Counted from the first letter of the stretch, positions 51,226-61,131 are shown. The stretch is 64,000 nucleotides of DNA from a bacterium (GCA_031441465.1 JANOEP010000016.1:1-64000); one strand, 5' to 3'. Notes: generated from the sequence alone by a model not told the origin. Made by a program: numbers and translations.

Positions 51226-52431
51226 ATGACCGACCAGAAACGCGTGCTCGACGGCATCAAGGTGCTCGACCTCACGAACGTGCTCTCCGGCCCGTTCGCC
51301 TCGCTCCACCTGGCGCTCCTGGGCGCCGAGGTCATCAAGATCGAGAACCCCAAGGACGGCGATCTGGCGCGCAAGCTGGGAATCGTCCCCGAGTACAACA
51401 AGCAACTGATGGGGACGAGCTTCCTGGCGCAGAACTGCAACAAGAAGTCGGTGACCCTCAACACCAAGTCGCCGGACGGCAAGGAGATCTTCAAGCGGCT
51501 CGTCGAAGACGTCGACGTGGTGATCGAGAACTTCCGCCCCGGCGTCATGGACCGTCTCGGGCTCGGCTACGACGTCCTGCGCGGGATCAACCCGACGCTG
51601 GTCTACTGCGCGATCTCCGGCTTCGGGCAGACCGGCCCGGACGCCGACAAACCGGCCTACGATCAGATCATCCAGGGGCTCTCCGGCGAGATGGCGATCA
51701 ACGGCGACGAGCGGCTGACGCCGCTGCGCGCCGGCTTCCCCGTCTGCGACACCGTGGGCGGCTTGAACGCGGCGTTCGCGGTGATGGCCGCCCTCTTCCA
51801 TCGCCAGCGGACCGGCGAGGGCCGGTTCATCGACGTCGCGCTCCTCGACTCGATCATGCCGCTCATGGGCTGGGTGGCCGCGAACCTCCTGATCGGCGGC
51901 CAGGAGCCGCCGGTCATGGGCAACGACAACTTCACGGCCGCGCCCAGCGGCACCTTCCGGACGCTCGACGGCCACATCAACATCGCCGCCAACAAGCAGG
52001 AACAGTGGGAGGCGGTCTGCGACGTCCTCGAACTCACGGAACTGAAAGCCGATCCGCGCTTCCAGGAGCGCGACACCCGCAAGAAGAACCGCCGGGCCCT
52101 GACGCCGCTCCTCGAGGCGCGCCTCGTCGAGGGGACGACGCAGCACTGGGTCGAGTCCCTGAACGCGCGCGACGTGCCGAGCGGCGACATCCTGAGCCTG
52201 AGGCAGGCCCTGCGCCAGCCCCAGATCGCGCACCGCGGGGTCTTGCAGAAGGTGAACGTGCCGGGCCTGGGCGACATCGAGGTCTTCGGCCTCACCGCCC
52301 TGTTCAACGGCGAGTCGGGCCCGGTCACCACGCCGCCGCCGACGCTCGGGCAGCACAACGCCGAGGTTCTCGGCCGCTTGGGCTTCACCGCGGATCAGCT
52401 CGTCGAACTCAAGCAGAAGGCAGTCATCTGA
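51226..52431 (+). CDS. CaiB/BaiF family III CoA transferase
   Basis: VLDL..SGP, GAEVIKIE, NKKSV, ENFRPG, ISGFGQTGP. Confidence 0.93.
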   Translation: MTDQKRVLDGIKVLDLTNVLSGPFASLHLALLGAEVIKIENPKDGDLARKLGIVPEYNKQLMGTSFLAQNCNKKSVTLNTKSPDGKEIFKRLVEDVDVVIENFRPGVMDRLGLGYDVLRGINPTLVYCAISGFGQTGPDADKPAYDQIIQGLSGEMAINGDERLTPLRAGFPVCDTVGGLNAAFAVMAALFHRQRTGEGRFIDVALLDSIMPLMGWVAANLLIGGQEPPVMGNDNFTAAPSGTFRTLDGHINIAANKQEQWEAVCDVLELTELKADPRFQERDTRKKNRRALTPLLEARLVEGTTQHWVESLNARDVPSGDILSLRQALRQPQIAHRGVLQKVNVPGLGDIEVFGLTALFNGESGPVTTPPPTLGQHNAEVLGRLGFTADQLVELKQKAVI

Positions 52432-52457
52432 AAACCCGGACGTCACGAGGAGTCACG

Positions 52458-53750
52458 ATGGGAATGACAGTCGTCGAGAAGATCCTGGCCAGGGCGGCGG
52501 GCGCCAAAGCCGTCAGAGCCCTGGATATCGTGGAGCCGCGCGTCGATCTCGCCATGTCGCACGAGAACGCGGCCCTGGTCATCAACCAGTTCAACGAGAT
52601 CTATCTGGGCACGGATCGCGAGCCCAGGCCCTGGGATCCCACCCGCATCGCCATCATCTTCGATCACCGGGTGCCGGCCGAGGGGCCCAAGACCGCCACC
52701 AACCAGAAACTCATCCGCGGCTTCGTGGCGCGGCACGGCATCGCCAAGTTCCACGACATCCGCGGCGACCTCGGCGGCATCTGCCACCAGATCCTGCCGG
52801 AGCACGGCTACGTCCGGCCCGGCTTCGTGGTCGTCGGCACCGACAGCCACACGACCAGCCACGGAGCCCTGGGCTCCTTCGCCTTCGGCATCGGCGCCAC
52901 CGAGATGGCCTCGGTCTGGACGCTCGGCGTCGCGCTCAACATCGAGGTGCCGCCGACCATCAGGGTCGTCGTCACCGGCACATTCCAGGAGCACGTTGGG
53001 CCGAAGGATCTGATCCTGCACCTGATCGGCAGGCTCACGGCCCAGGGCGCCAATTTCCGCGTGCTCGAGTTCCACGGCGACGCGATCGCGGCGATGTCGA
53101 CGAGCGGACGTCTCACCATCTGCAACATGAGCGTCGAGGCCGGCGCCACGAGCGGCATCGTGCCCGCCGACGAAGAAACCGAGCGCTACCTGCGCCAGGA
53201 GGCCGGCGTCACCGGACCCGTCGAGCGGATCTTGCCGGACGCCGACGCCGTCTACGAGAAGGTCCTCGAGGTCGACGTATCCCGGCTCGAACCGCAGATC
53301 GCCTGCCCACACACGGTCGACAACGTGAAGCCGGTCGGCGAGGTCACCGGCAAGGCCGTCCAGCAGATCGTGATCGGCAGCTGCACGAACGGCCGCCTAG
53401 ACGACCTCGAGATCGCCGCCGGGATCCTCAAAGGCAAGCAGGTCGCTCAGGGCACGCGCATGCTGGTCTTCCCCGCCTCCGGGCGGATCTACTCCCAGGC
53501 TCTCGAGGCCGGCTACCTGCAGGAATTCATGAGGGCCGGCGCCGTGGTGATGAACTCGGGCTGCGGGCCGTGCCTGGGCATTCACCAGGGGGCGCTCGGG
53601 GACGAGGAAGTGGCGCTCGCCACCACCAACCGCAACTTCAAGGGCCGCATGGGAAACCCGAAATCCGAGGTCTACCTGTGCAGTGCGGCCGTCGCCGCGG
53701 CCAGCGCCATCACCGGCGTCATCACCGATCCGCGCACAGGAGGTCGCTGA
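52458..53750 (+). CDS. LeuC/HacA-like aconitase-family dehydratase large subunit
   Basis: FDH, GICHQ, DSHT, IGSCTNGR, GCGPCLG, NRNFKGRMG. Confidence 0.93.
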   Translation: MGMTVVEKILARAAGAKAVRALDIVEPRVDLAMSHENAALVINQFNEIYLGTDREPRPWDPTRIAIIFDHRVPAEGPKTATNQKLIRGFVARHGIAKFHDIRGDLGGICHQILPEHGYVRPGFVVVGTDSHTTSHGALGSFAFGIGATEMASVWTLGVALNIEVPPTIRVVVTGTFQEHVGPKDLILHLIGRLTAQGANFRVLEFHGDAIAAMSTSGRLTICNMSVEAGATSGIVPADEETERYLRQEAGVTGPVERILPDADAVYEKVLEVDVSRLEPQIACPHTVDNVKPVGEVTGKAVQQIVIGSCTNGRLDDLEIAAGILKGKQVAQGTRMLVFPASGRIYSQALEAGYLQEFMRAGAVVMNSGCGPCLGIHQGALGDEEVALATTNRNFKGRMGNPKSEVYLCSAAVAAASAITGVITDPRTGGR

Positions 53751-53751
53751 C

Positions 53752-54249
53752 ATGGGCAAGGTCGTACTGAAGCTCGGGAAGGACATCAGCACCGACGACA
53801 TCTACCCCGGACGGTTCATGGCCACGGTCCTCCCGACCGAAACGCCGCAGTTCTGTTTCCACGATCGCACGGAGTTCAACGCGCAGCTCAAGGCCAAGGC
53901 GATCCCGGCCGGCAGCGTCATCGTCGCCGACGAGAACTTTGGCTGCGGCTCGAGCCGCGAACAGGCGGTGAGCACGATCCGGGGCCACGAACTCGTCATC
54001 GTCGCGCGGAGCATCGCGCGCATCTTCCTGCAGAACGCCATCAACCTCGGCCTGAACCTGGTCATCTGCCCGACCATCGAGGCGCAGGAGGGGGACGAGC
54101 TCGAACTCGTTTCCGGCGGGGTGCTGAACAAGACCAGCGGCAAGGAATTCGCCACCGAGCCGCTGCCGCCTGCGCGCCAGGCGATCATCGACGCGGGAGG
54201 GCTGATCCCCTACACCCGCAAGAAACTGCTCGAACTGCCGGCTCGGTGA
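53752..54249 (+). CDS. LeuD/HacB-like dehydratase small subunit
   Basis: ISTDDIYPGR, NFGCGSSREQA, ARIFLQNAINLG. Confidence 0.92.
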   Translation: MGKVVLKLGKDISTDDIYPGRFMATVLPTETPQFCFHDRTEFNAQLKAKAIPAGSVIVADENFGCGSSREQAVSTIRGHELVIVARSIARIFLQNAINLGLNLVICPTIEAQEGDELELVSGGVLNKTSGKEFATEPLPPARQAIIDAGGLIPYTRKKLLELPAR

Positions 54250-54258
54250 TGTCAGTCG

Positions 54259-54459
54259 TCAGTCGCGGCGGCCTCGCCCGGAGGTCAGCAGCCACCCGAT
54301 CGCCGCGCCCCAGAGGACCGCGACGACCGGGTTGGCGCTGATCCGTCAGGTCGCGCCGCTGCAGTGCTGCCAGTAGTGCCAGAGATAGCCGAGCGCGCCG
54401 CCGAGGGCCGGGCCCCAGAGGCGGCGCGCCGCCGTGAGGAATTGCGGGCGCGTCGTCAC
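54259..54459 (-). CDS. DUF6132-like small membrane protein with in-frame UGA (candidate selenoprotein, 66 aa)
   Basis: GTG overlaps the upstream TGA; reads ...GYLWHYWQHCSGAT-UGA-RISANPVVAVLWGAAIGWLL; UGA (54346-54348) falls at the second Cys of the CxxGTCPITSNP motif. Confidence 0.72.
54285..54341 (-). promoter_or_regulatory. Putative bacterial SECIS hairpin
   Basis: 13-bp stem CCCGGUCGUCGCG/CGCGGCGAUCGGG (+15 to +51 from UGA, two G-U pairs), G-initiated loop at +28, outer stems GCCA/UGGC and UCAGC/GCUGA. Confidence 0.5.
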
Positions 54460-55547
54460 GGCTGCACGTAGCCCGCGGCGTGGAGCTGCTCCACGTCGGC
54501 GAAGGTGCGCGGCGGCTGCAGGTGCTTTGCCAGGAAGCGGTAGACCCGCAGCCGGATCTCCTGGGCGCCCTTCGTGTCGAGACGGTCGAAGCTGTGGCCG
54601 CCGGGCGCAGCCTCGTAGATCTCGTATTCGAACTGCTTGTCTTCGGCCTTCAGCGCCTGGATCAGGTGCTCGACCTCCAGCACGTTCACGTCCTCGTCCG
54701 TGGTGTTGGACAGCACCAGCAGGGGAGTCTTCAACTTCTGGACGTTCCACACGGGCGAGCGGCGCTTGTACTCGGCGATGTTCTCGCCGACGGTCTGGCC
54801 GATGTGGTAGTCGGCCGAGAAGTCGTCCCGGTACTCCTGGTCCAGGTAGCCCAGGCGCGCGACGATATCGCTGACCGGCACGCCGGCGTAGGCGCAGGCG
54901 TAGTCGTCGGGATGCTCGAAGACGCTCATCAGGCTGATCAGGCCGCCGTGGCTCCAGCCGATCGAGCCCACGCGGCCCGGATCGACGAAGTCGTAGTTCT
55001 CCAGGACGTAGGCGCGGCAGGCGTGGGCGTCCTCGACCTCCAGGCCGCCGTAGTCGATGCTCTCGTACATGCCGCGGCCGTAACCCGTGCTGCCGCGGTA
55101 CTCCGGCGCCACCACCACGTAACCCTGGGCCACCAGCTCGCGCACGATGTGCGTGTGGTAGGTCGTGAAGTCGGCGTGGACGCCGCCGTGCGACAGCACC
55201 AGCAGCGGCGCCTTGCGGCCGGGATCGAGGTCGCGGGGGATGAAGACGTAGGCCCAGAACTTCAGCGGGTTGCCGGCGCCGATGCCCGTGGGGTTCGTCT
55301 CCTTCCACTTCGGCGGTCCGTACAGGCGCACCTTGTCGATGTGCGCGACGTCGCCCACGCGGTCGAACCAGAGGCCGTCGTCGACCTGCTTCTGCAGTTC
55401 GTCGAGGCGGTGCCCGAGATTCTCGATCGCACCGAGCACCTCGTCGAGCTTGGCGCCGACGTCGGCGACGGGGGAGGAGGTGTCCTGGGCGAAAGCGGTC
55501 AGCGGGACCGCGGCGGCGACGAAGCAGGCCAGCAGCAGGCGACGCAT
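54456..55547 (-). CDS. Secreted S9-family alpha/beta-hydrolase peptidase
   Basis: Signal peptide, HGG, YRGSTGYG, GWSHGG nucleophile, D..V, GGHSF. Confidence 0.9.
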   Translation of the reverse strand: MRRLLLACFVAAAVPLTAFAQDTSSPVADVGAKLDEVLGAIENLGHRLDELQKQVDDGLWFDRVGDVAHIDKVRLYGPPKWKETNPTGIGAGNPLKFWAYVFIPRDLDPGRKAPLLVLSHGGVHADFTTYHTHIVRELVAQGYVVVAPEYRGSTGYGRGMYESIDYGGLEVEDAHACRAYVLENYDFVDPGRVGSIGWSHGGLISLMSVFEHPDDYACAYAGVPVSDIVARLGYLDQEYRDDFSADYHIGQTVGENIAEYKRRSPVWNVQKLKTPLLVLSNTTDEDVNVLEVEHLIQALKAEDKQFEYEIYEAAPGGHSFDRLDTKGAQEIRLRVYRFLAKHLQPPRTFADVEQLHAAGYVQP

Positions 55548-55627
55548 GGCTTCTCCTTCCGGATGACGTGCCCGGTGAGCATGGACCAAGGATACCGGCC
55601 GGTCAACCGGCCCGCAGCGGCGAAGGC

Positions 55628-56989
55628 TCAAGGCGCCTCCGCGATCGCCCACAGCAGCGCGGCGACCGCCGCCACGTTCCGCTGCAGGTCCGCGGGATCG
55701 ACCTTGTCCACGGTGTCGGCCGGGCTGTGGTGGACGTCGAAGTAGTGCTCGCCGTGGACGCGGTGCCCGATCAGGGGCACGCCGGCGTCCGCCAGGAACG
55801 AAATGTCCACGCCGCCGCCGCCGGGGGTCACCGCGTCCGCGCCCAACGATGCCAGCGGCGCGGCCAGCGCGGCGAACCGCGCGACCGTGGCGGAGTCGGC
55901 CTGGACCGTGAAGCCGGCCGGGGCGAAGCCGCCCGAGTCGCACTCCAGCGCCGCCTTGTGGCGCGGCAGCTCGTCGGCGTGAGCGCGGGCGTAGCCGCGC
56001 CCCCCCTGCTGGGTCATTTCCTCGTCGGCGTAGAGCACCACCCGCAGGGTGCGGCGCGGCGCGAGGTCCAGGCGTTTCAGCAGGAAGACCGCCTCCATGA
56101 CGATGGCGCAGCCGGCGCCGTTGTCGTGGGCGCCGCTGCCGACGTCCCACGAGTCGAGGTGGGCGCCGGCCAGGACGATCTCGTCCGGCGATTCACGGCC
56201 GGTCAGCTCGGCCACCACGTTGGCGCTGTCCGCGTCGGGCAGCTGCGATGCTCCCATCTCCAGGCGCACGCGCACCGGCGCGTCGCGGCGGGACAGGCGC
56301 GTCAGCAGGGCGGCGTCCTCCACGCTCAACGCGGCGGCGGGGATCCGCGGGATGGTGTCGCCCTTGTCGTAGCGCATGATGCCGGTGTGGGGGGTGCTGA
56401 GGCTGCGGTCGGTGACCGAGCGGATCAGGCAGCCGACCGCGCCGTGGCGGGCGGCGGCGACGGCGCCGCGGCCGCGGTATTGCACGGTCTTGCCGTACCC
56501 CTCCCAGGGCGGGTCGAACAGCACGAGGCGTCCGGCGGCCTCGGCGGCGCGCGCTTCCAACTCTTCGAAATCGCGCACGGCCAGGACCTCGGCCGTGATC
56601 CCGCCGGGCGGCGTGCCCACGCTGCCGCCGAGCCCCAGCATCGTCAGCGGCTTCTCGTAGGGTTCCAGCAGCGTGCAGGTCTCGCGGCCGCGCACCCAGT
56701 GCGGCACCGTCACCGGCTCGGCGCGCACGCCGACCAGACCGCCCGCACGCAGCCGGCGCAGGGCCCACGCGACGGCGCGGCGCTGGCCGTCCGACCCGTT
56801 CAGGCGCGGGCCCGCGGTGTCGCACAGGTCGGTCAGCAGCGCGAAGGCGGAGCTGTCGGCCAGCGCGGCGGCGACGATGCGCGCCATGGTGTCCGGTGCC
56901 GCTCGTGCGGGTGTGGAGTCGCCGAGCATGAAACCTCCCAGCGCGATGCAGATCGCGGCGATGCGGGACGGTGCGGGCGGGTGCGGCAT
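55628..56989 (-). CDS. M28 metallopeptidase (carboxypeptidase Q-like)
   Basis: GPRLNGS, PHTG, GAHLDSWD, GAHDNGAG, ADEE, HHSPADT. Confidence 0.92.
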   Translation of the reverse strand: MPHPPAPSRIAAICIALGGFMLGDSTPARAAPDTMARIVAAALADSSAFALLTDLCDTAGPRLNGSDGQRRAVAWALRRLRAGGLVGVRAEPVTVPHWVRGRETCTLLEPYEKPLTMLGLGGSVGTPPGGITAEVLAVRDFEELEARAAEAAGRLVLFDPPWEGYGKTVQYRGRGAVAAARHGAVGCLIRSVTDRSLSTPHTGIMRYDKGDTIPRIPAAALSVEDAALLTRLSRRDAPVRVRLEMGASQLPDADSANVVAELTGRESPDEIVLAGAHLDSWDVGSGAHDNGAGCAIVMEAVFLLKRLDLAPRRTLRVVLYADEEMTQQGGRGYARAHADELPRHKAALECDSGGFAPAGFTVQADSATVARFAALAAPLASLGADAVTPGGGGVDISFLADAGVPLIGHRVHGEHYFDVHHSPADTVDKVDPADLQRNVAAVAALLWAIAEAP

Positions 56990-57009
56990 GGATCCTCCGG
57001 ATCGTTCCG

Positions 57010-57885
57010 TCAGCTCATGGTGACCATCAGGATGCCGGCGATCGCCAGCGCCGAGGCCGCGAGCTTGCGCCGGGTGAACGGTTCGTGCAGGAAGAACGAG
57101 GCCAGGATCAGCACGTAGATCGTGCTGGTCTGGTTCAGGATCGCGGCGGCGCCGGCCTGGGTGTACTTCATGCCGGCGAGCCAGAACATCAGCGCCAGGT
57201 ACGAGCCCAGGATCGTGGCCGGCAGGCTGAAGCGCCAGGAGGCGTCGGGCCGGAACACGCCCAGGTAACGCCGGCGCTGCGGCGAAATCACGGCCATCGG
57301 CACCATCACGGCCAGGGCGCCGAGCTGCCGCACGGCCGTGGACCACAGCACGGGCTGACGTTCCAGCACCGGCTTGGCGATGACGACGCCCAGGGCGACG
57401 GCCGCCATGGCGGTCATGCCCATCAGCGAGCCCTTGAGCAGCGCCCGCGGCGGCAAGCCCGGCGGGGTGGGGTGGCCCGAGGCGACCAGCACCGCGGCGA
57501 TGACCGTCACCATGCCCGCCAGCTGCCACCCGTTCAGGCGCTCGCCGATCAGCAGGAACGCGAACAGCACCACCAGCGGCGAGTAGAGGCAGTCGACGAT
57601 GGCGGTGACGCCCGCCCCGACGATGTTCAGGCAGCGGTGGAAGAGGGTGTCGGCCACTGCGATGGCGATGACGCCGCTGGCCATCAGGATCAGCACGTCC
57701 CGCACCGGCGCCTCGCGCACCAGTCCCTGGCCCGACGCCAGCACCGTGACCACCAGCAGCACGCTGCTGATCCCCACCCGGAACAGGTTCAGCGCGAACG
57801 GCGAGACGGTCTCGCCCGAACGCTTCAGCAGGATGACCGCGACCGCCCAGATCACGGCGCAGAGCAGGGCGTAGAACTCTCCCAA
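57010..57885 (-). CDS. DMT/EamA-family transporter
   Basis: About 10 TM helices in two EamA repeats; TTG start. Confidence 0.88.
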   Translation of the reverse strand: MGEFYALLCAVIWAVAVILLKRSGETVSPFALNLFRVGISSVLLVVTVLASGQGLVREAPVRDVLILMASGVIAIAVADTLFHRCLNIVGAGVTAIVDCLYSPLVVLFAFLLIGERLNGWQLAGMVTVIAAVLVASGHPTPPGLPPRALLKGSLMGMTAMAAVALGVVIAKPVLERQPVLWSTAVRQLGALAVMVPMAVISPQRRRYLGVFRPDASWRFSLPATILGSYLALMFWLAGMKYTQAGAAAILNQTSTIYVLILASFFLHEPFTRRKLAASALAIAGILMVTMS

Positions 57886-57989
57886 GGCGATCTCCCGATC
57901 TGCGGCGCGGTGAATGGAGGTTGATCGGCGGTGCCGGACGTGGAATCATCGCACTGCTGCCGTCCCTTCCGCAAGCAGGGGGTTGGATC

Positions 57990-58955
57990 ATGTATGTCGG
58001 TTATGCGGCGCCGCTGCGCCGGGCCTGGGCCCGCGCCCGCGCCCTGCTCCTCACGGGCTCGAGCCCCGAGACGTGGTTCGTGCTGGGATTCACGGCCTGG
58101 CTGGCCCGCCTGTGGGACAACGCCGGCCTGGGCGGCTCTTGGGATCGCGACTTCGTCAATTTCAAGGACCGCGACTGGCGCGTGTCGAGCCTGGACGACC
58201 TCCGCCACCTCGACCTCTTCGGCCACGAGCTCGGCGGGCTCGGGGTGGGGATCCTGGCCGGGCTCGGCGTGTTCGCGCTGCTGCTGGCGGTGCTGCTGAC
58301 CTGGCTCAGCTCCCGCGGCGAGTTCTGCTTCCTGGACAACGTCGTCCACCGGCGCGCCCGCGTGAGCGAGCCGTGGCGGCGGTACGCCCGCCAGGGCGAT
58401 TCGCTCTTCCTGTGGCGACTGGCCTTCCAGATCGTGGCCGGCGCCTGCGCGCTGGCCCTGATCCTGCCGGGCCTGCTGCTGGTGATCGGCGCGATCGCCA
58501 CCGAGAGCCTGCGCGGCCTCGGCGTCGCGGGCGCGGTCGTGCTGGGGATGCTGGGCGTCGTGCTGGCGATCGCGGCCTCCCTGGTCTCGTTCTGGACCGA
58601 CCAGTTCGTCGTGCCCGTGATGTACCGCGACGGCTCCGGCGTGCTGGCGGCCTGGCGCCGCACCCTGCCCCTGGTGCGCGAGCACATCGACCAGGCCGTC
58701 CTGTTCGCCCTGTTCTGGCTGCTGTTGGCCATGGTTGTCGGCGCCGCGATCGCCGCGCTGGGTCTGGTGACCTGCTGCGTCGGGTGGCTCGTGCTGGCGA
58801 TCCCGTACCTCGGCACCGTGATCCTGCTGCCGGTCTACGTCACGGCCCGCGCGCTGGGCCCCGAGTTCCTGGCCCAGTACGGCGAGGAGTGGCGCTTGTG
58901 GCCGTCCGACGGACCGCCGCCGCCCGCCGGCGAAGACCCGACTTCCACCGCATAA
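57990..58955 (+). CDS. Hypothetical multi-pass membrane protein
   Basis: Several TM helices; WLSSRGEF..LDNV, DQFVVPVMY, TCC..IPYLG. Confidence 0.75.
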   Translation: MYVGYAAPLRRAWARARALLLTGSSPETWFVLGFTAWLARLWDNAGLGGSWDRDFVNFKDRDWRVSSLDDLRHLDLFGHELGGLGVGILAGLGVFALLLAVLLTWLSSRGEFCFLDNVVHRRARVSEPWRRYARQGDSLFLWRLAFQIVAGACALALILPGLLLVIGAIATESLRGLGVAGAVVLGMLGVVLAIAASLVSFWTDQFVVPVMYRDGSGVLAAWRRTLPLVREHIDQAVLFALFWLLLAMVVGAAIAALGLVTCCVGWLVLAIPYLGTVILLPVYVTARALGPEFLAQYGEEWRLWPSDGPPPPAGEDPTSTA

Positions 58956-58964
58956 GGAGCCTCG

Positions 58965-60389
58965 ATGCGCCGCACGAAGATCATCGCCACGCTGGGCCCG
59001 GCCACCCGCGAACCGGCGGTGCTGCTCGAACTGATCCACGCCGGCCTGGACGTGGTGCGCCTGAACTTCAGCCACGGCTCGCTGGAGGCGAAGCGGCAGA
59101 CCATCCGCGACGTGCGCGCCGCGGCCGACGACGCCGACCGGCAAGTGGCCATCCTGCAGGACCTGGCGGGCCCGAAGATCCGCATCGGCGGCTTCGCCGA
59201 CGGACCGGTGAGGCTGCGCACCGGCGATCTGTTCACCCTGACCGCGCGCGACGTGCCCGGCGACGAGCGCGAGGTGTCGGTCGGCTACAAGGAACTGGCG
59301 GGCGATGTCAGCCGGGGAGACACGCTGTTGCTGGCCGATGGCGCCCTCTGCCTGAAGGTGGAGAAGGTCAGCGGATCGGACGTTGTCTGCCGCGTCGAGG
59401 CCGGCGGCGAACTGAGCTCCAACAAGGGCATCAACCTGCCGAGCGGTACGATCAGCGCTCCCATCCTCGACGAGAAGGACCTGGCGGACCTGGAGTTCGG
59501 CCTGGACGAGGACGTCGATTTCGTCGCCCTGTCGTTCGTGCGCAACGCGGCCGACGTGCTGGCGTGCCGCGCGGCCATGGACGCCTTCGGGGTCCGCCGG
59601 CCCATCGTCGCCAAGATCGAACAGCGAGAGGCCGTCGCGAACATCGACGAGATCCTGCGGGTGGTCGACGGGTTGATGGTGGCCCGCGGCGACCTGGGCG
59701 TCGAGATCCCGCTGGAGCACGTGCCGGGCGTGCAGAAATCCCTGATCTACAAGGCCAACGCCGCCGGCGTGCCCGTGATCACGGCCACGCAGATGCTGCG
59801 CTCGATGGTCGAGAATCCGCGCCCCACGCGCGCCGAAGTCTCGGACGTGGCCAATGCCATCCTCGACGGCAGCGACGCGGTGATGCTCTCGGAGGAGACC
59901 GCCGTCGGGCTGCACCCGGTGGAGGCCGTGCGGACCATGGCGCGCATCGCCGAAAGCGCGGAGACGTCTTTCCCGTACGAGGGCTGGAACGCGCGCTTTC
60001 CCCTGTGCGCGGGTCTGCACAGCGACGAGGCGGTGGCCCGCGCCGCCTGCCGCATGGCCGCCGAGATCGGCGCCGCCGCCATCATCACCATGACCACCAG
60101 CGGCAGCACGACGCGCCTGGTCGCCAAGTCGCGCCCGCCGCAACCGCTGCTGGCGATGACCGACAATCCCGATACCTGCCGCCGCCTGGCCCTGGTCTGG
60201 GGCGCCATCCCCTTCTTCACGCCGGACGGGGACACCCTCGAAGAGCTGGAGCGCGACGCCCTGCGCATCGCGCTGGACGCCGGACACATCGCGCCGGGCG
60301 ATGCCGTGGTGGTGACGGCGGGGTTGCCCCTGCACGTGTCGGGCCGCACCAACCTCATCAAGATCGTGACCGCGCCCCAGCGCTCTTGA
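58965..60389 (+). CDS. pyk: Pyruvate kinase
   Basis: RRTKIIATLGPA, RLNFSHG, AKIE, MVARGDLGVE, ATQML, MLSEETA. Confidence 0.97.
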   Translation: MRRTKIIATLGPATREPAVLLELIHAGLDVVRLNFSHGSLEAKRQTIRDVRAAADDADRQVAILQDLAGPKIRIGGFADGPVRLRTGDLFTLTARDVPGDEREVSVGYKELAGDVSRGDTLLLADGALCLKVEKVSGSDVVCRVEAGGELSSNKGINLPSGTISAPILDEKDLADLEFGLDEDVDFVALSFVRNAADVLACRAAMDAFGVRRPIVAKIEQREAVANIDEILRVVDGLMVARGDLGVEIPLEHVPGVQKSLIYKANAAGVPVITATQMLRSMVENPRPTRAEVSDVANAILDGSDAVMLSEETAVGLHPVEAVRTMARIAESAETSFPYEGWNARFPLCAGLHSDEAVARAACRMAAEIGAAAIITMTTSGSTTRLVAKSRPPQPLLAMTDNPDTCRRLALVWGAIPFFTPDGDTLEELERDALRIALDAGHIAPGDAVVVTAGLPLHVSGRTNLIKIVTAPQRS

Positions 60390-60411
60390 CCGCCGCTGGT
60401 TCCCGTGCGCT

Positions 60412-61131
60412 TCAGTCCAGCAGACGGAATTGTTCGCCGGCACCGGCCGGCTTCAGCGGTTCGCTGAGTTCCGGGCCGTCGTGGCGTGGATTGTTGACGA
60501 GCGCGGCGACGGGCCAGGCGGTCATGAGGTCGGCAGGGAAGGGACGCAACAGGTCGTGCAGGCCGGGAGCGGCGTCGGGTGGGGCGGCCAGCCAATTCCG
60601 GTAATCGGCGCGGTGCAGGATCACCGGCATCCGGTCGTGGACGGGGCGCATGAGATCGTTGGCGGCGGTGGTCAGCAGCGCGCAGGTGTGCAGGGGAGTT
60701 CCCTCCGGCGACGTCCAGGTTTCCCAGATCCCGGCCATCGCGAAGCCCGGTTCGTCCTTCAGGCGGAAGAACCAGGGCTGTTTTTTCCCACCTTGGCGCT
60801 GCCACTCGTAGAAACCGTCGGCGGGCATCAGGCAGCGGCGCCGGCGGAAGGCGTCGCGGAACGTCGGTTTGTCGGCGACCGTCTCGCAGCGGGCATTGAT
60901 CGGACGGATCCCACCGGCGGGGCCGTGCGACCAGCGCGGCACCAGCCCCCAGTTCAGGTTGCGCAGGGTGCGCGGCGCATCGGAGGTCTCCTGGACGGCG
61001 GTCGTGAGGTCCTGGCCGGGAGCGATGTTCCAGCGCGGACGCAGCCCGAGTTCGGCGTTCAGGGCGACGTCCAAGGCCAACAACTGCGAGGTTTCCTCGG
61101 GAGTCAGGGTCAGCGTGAAGCGTCCACACAT
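60412..61131 (-). CDS. SOS response-associated peptidase (SRAP/YedK family)
   Basis: MCGRF, NIAP, WGLVP, INARCET, ADGFYEW, HDRMPVIL. Confidence 0.95.
   Translation of the reverse strand: MCGRFTLTLTPEETSQLLALDVALNAELGLRPRWNIAPGQDLTTAVQETSDAPRTLRNLNWGLVPRWSHGPAGGIRPINARCETVADKPTFRDAFRRRRCLMPADGFYEWQRQGGKKQPWFFRLKDEPGFAMAGIWETWTSPEGTPLHTCALLTTAANDLMRPVHDRMPVILHRADYRNWLAAPPDAAPGLHDLLRPFPADLMTAWPVAALVNNPRHDGPELSEPLKPAGAGEQFRLLD

Noticed and set aside
49191..54249. Ordinary leuBCD operon
   Set aside because: No leuA, an interleaved lyase and CoA transferase, and LysR control; symbols withheld
54346..54348. Genome-wide UGA reassignment (code 4 or 25) as the reason for the in-frame TGA
   Set aside because: Many full-length genes here (czcA, copA, catalase, pyk) end in TGA, several with ATGA/GTGA overlaps
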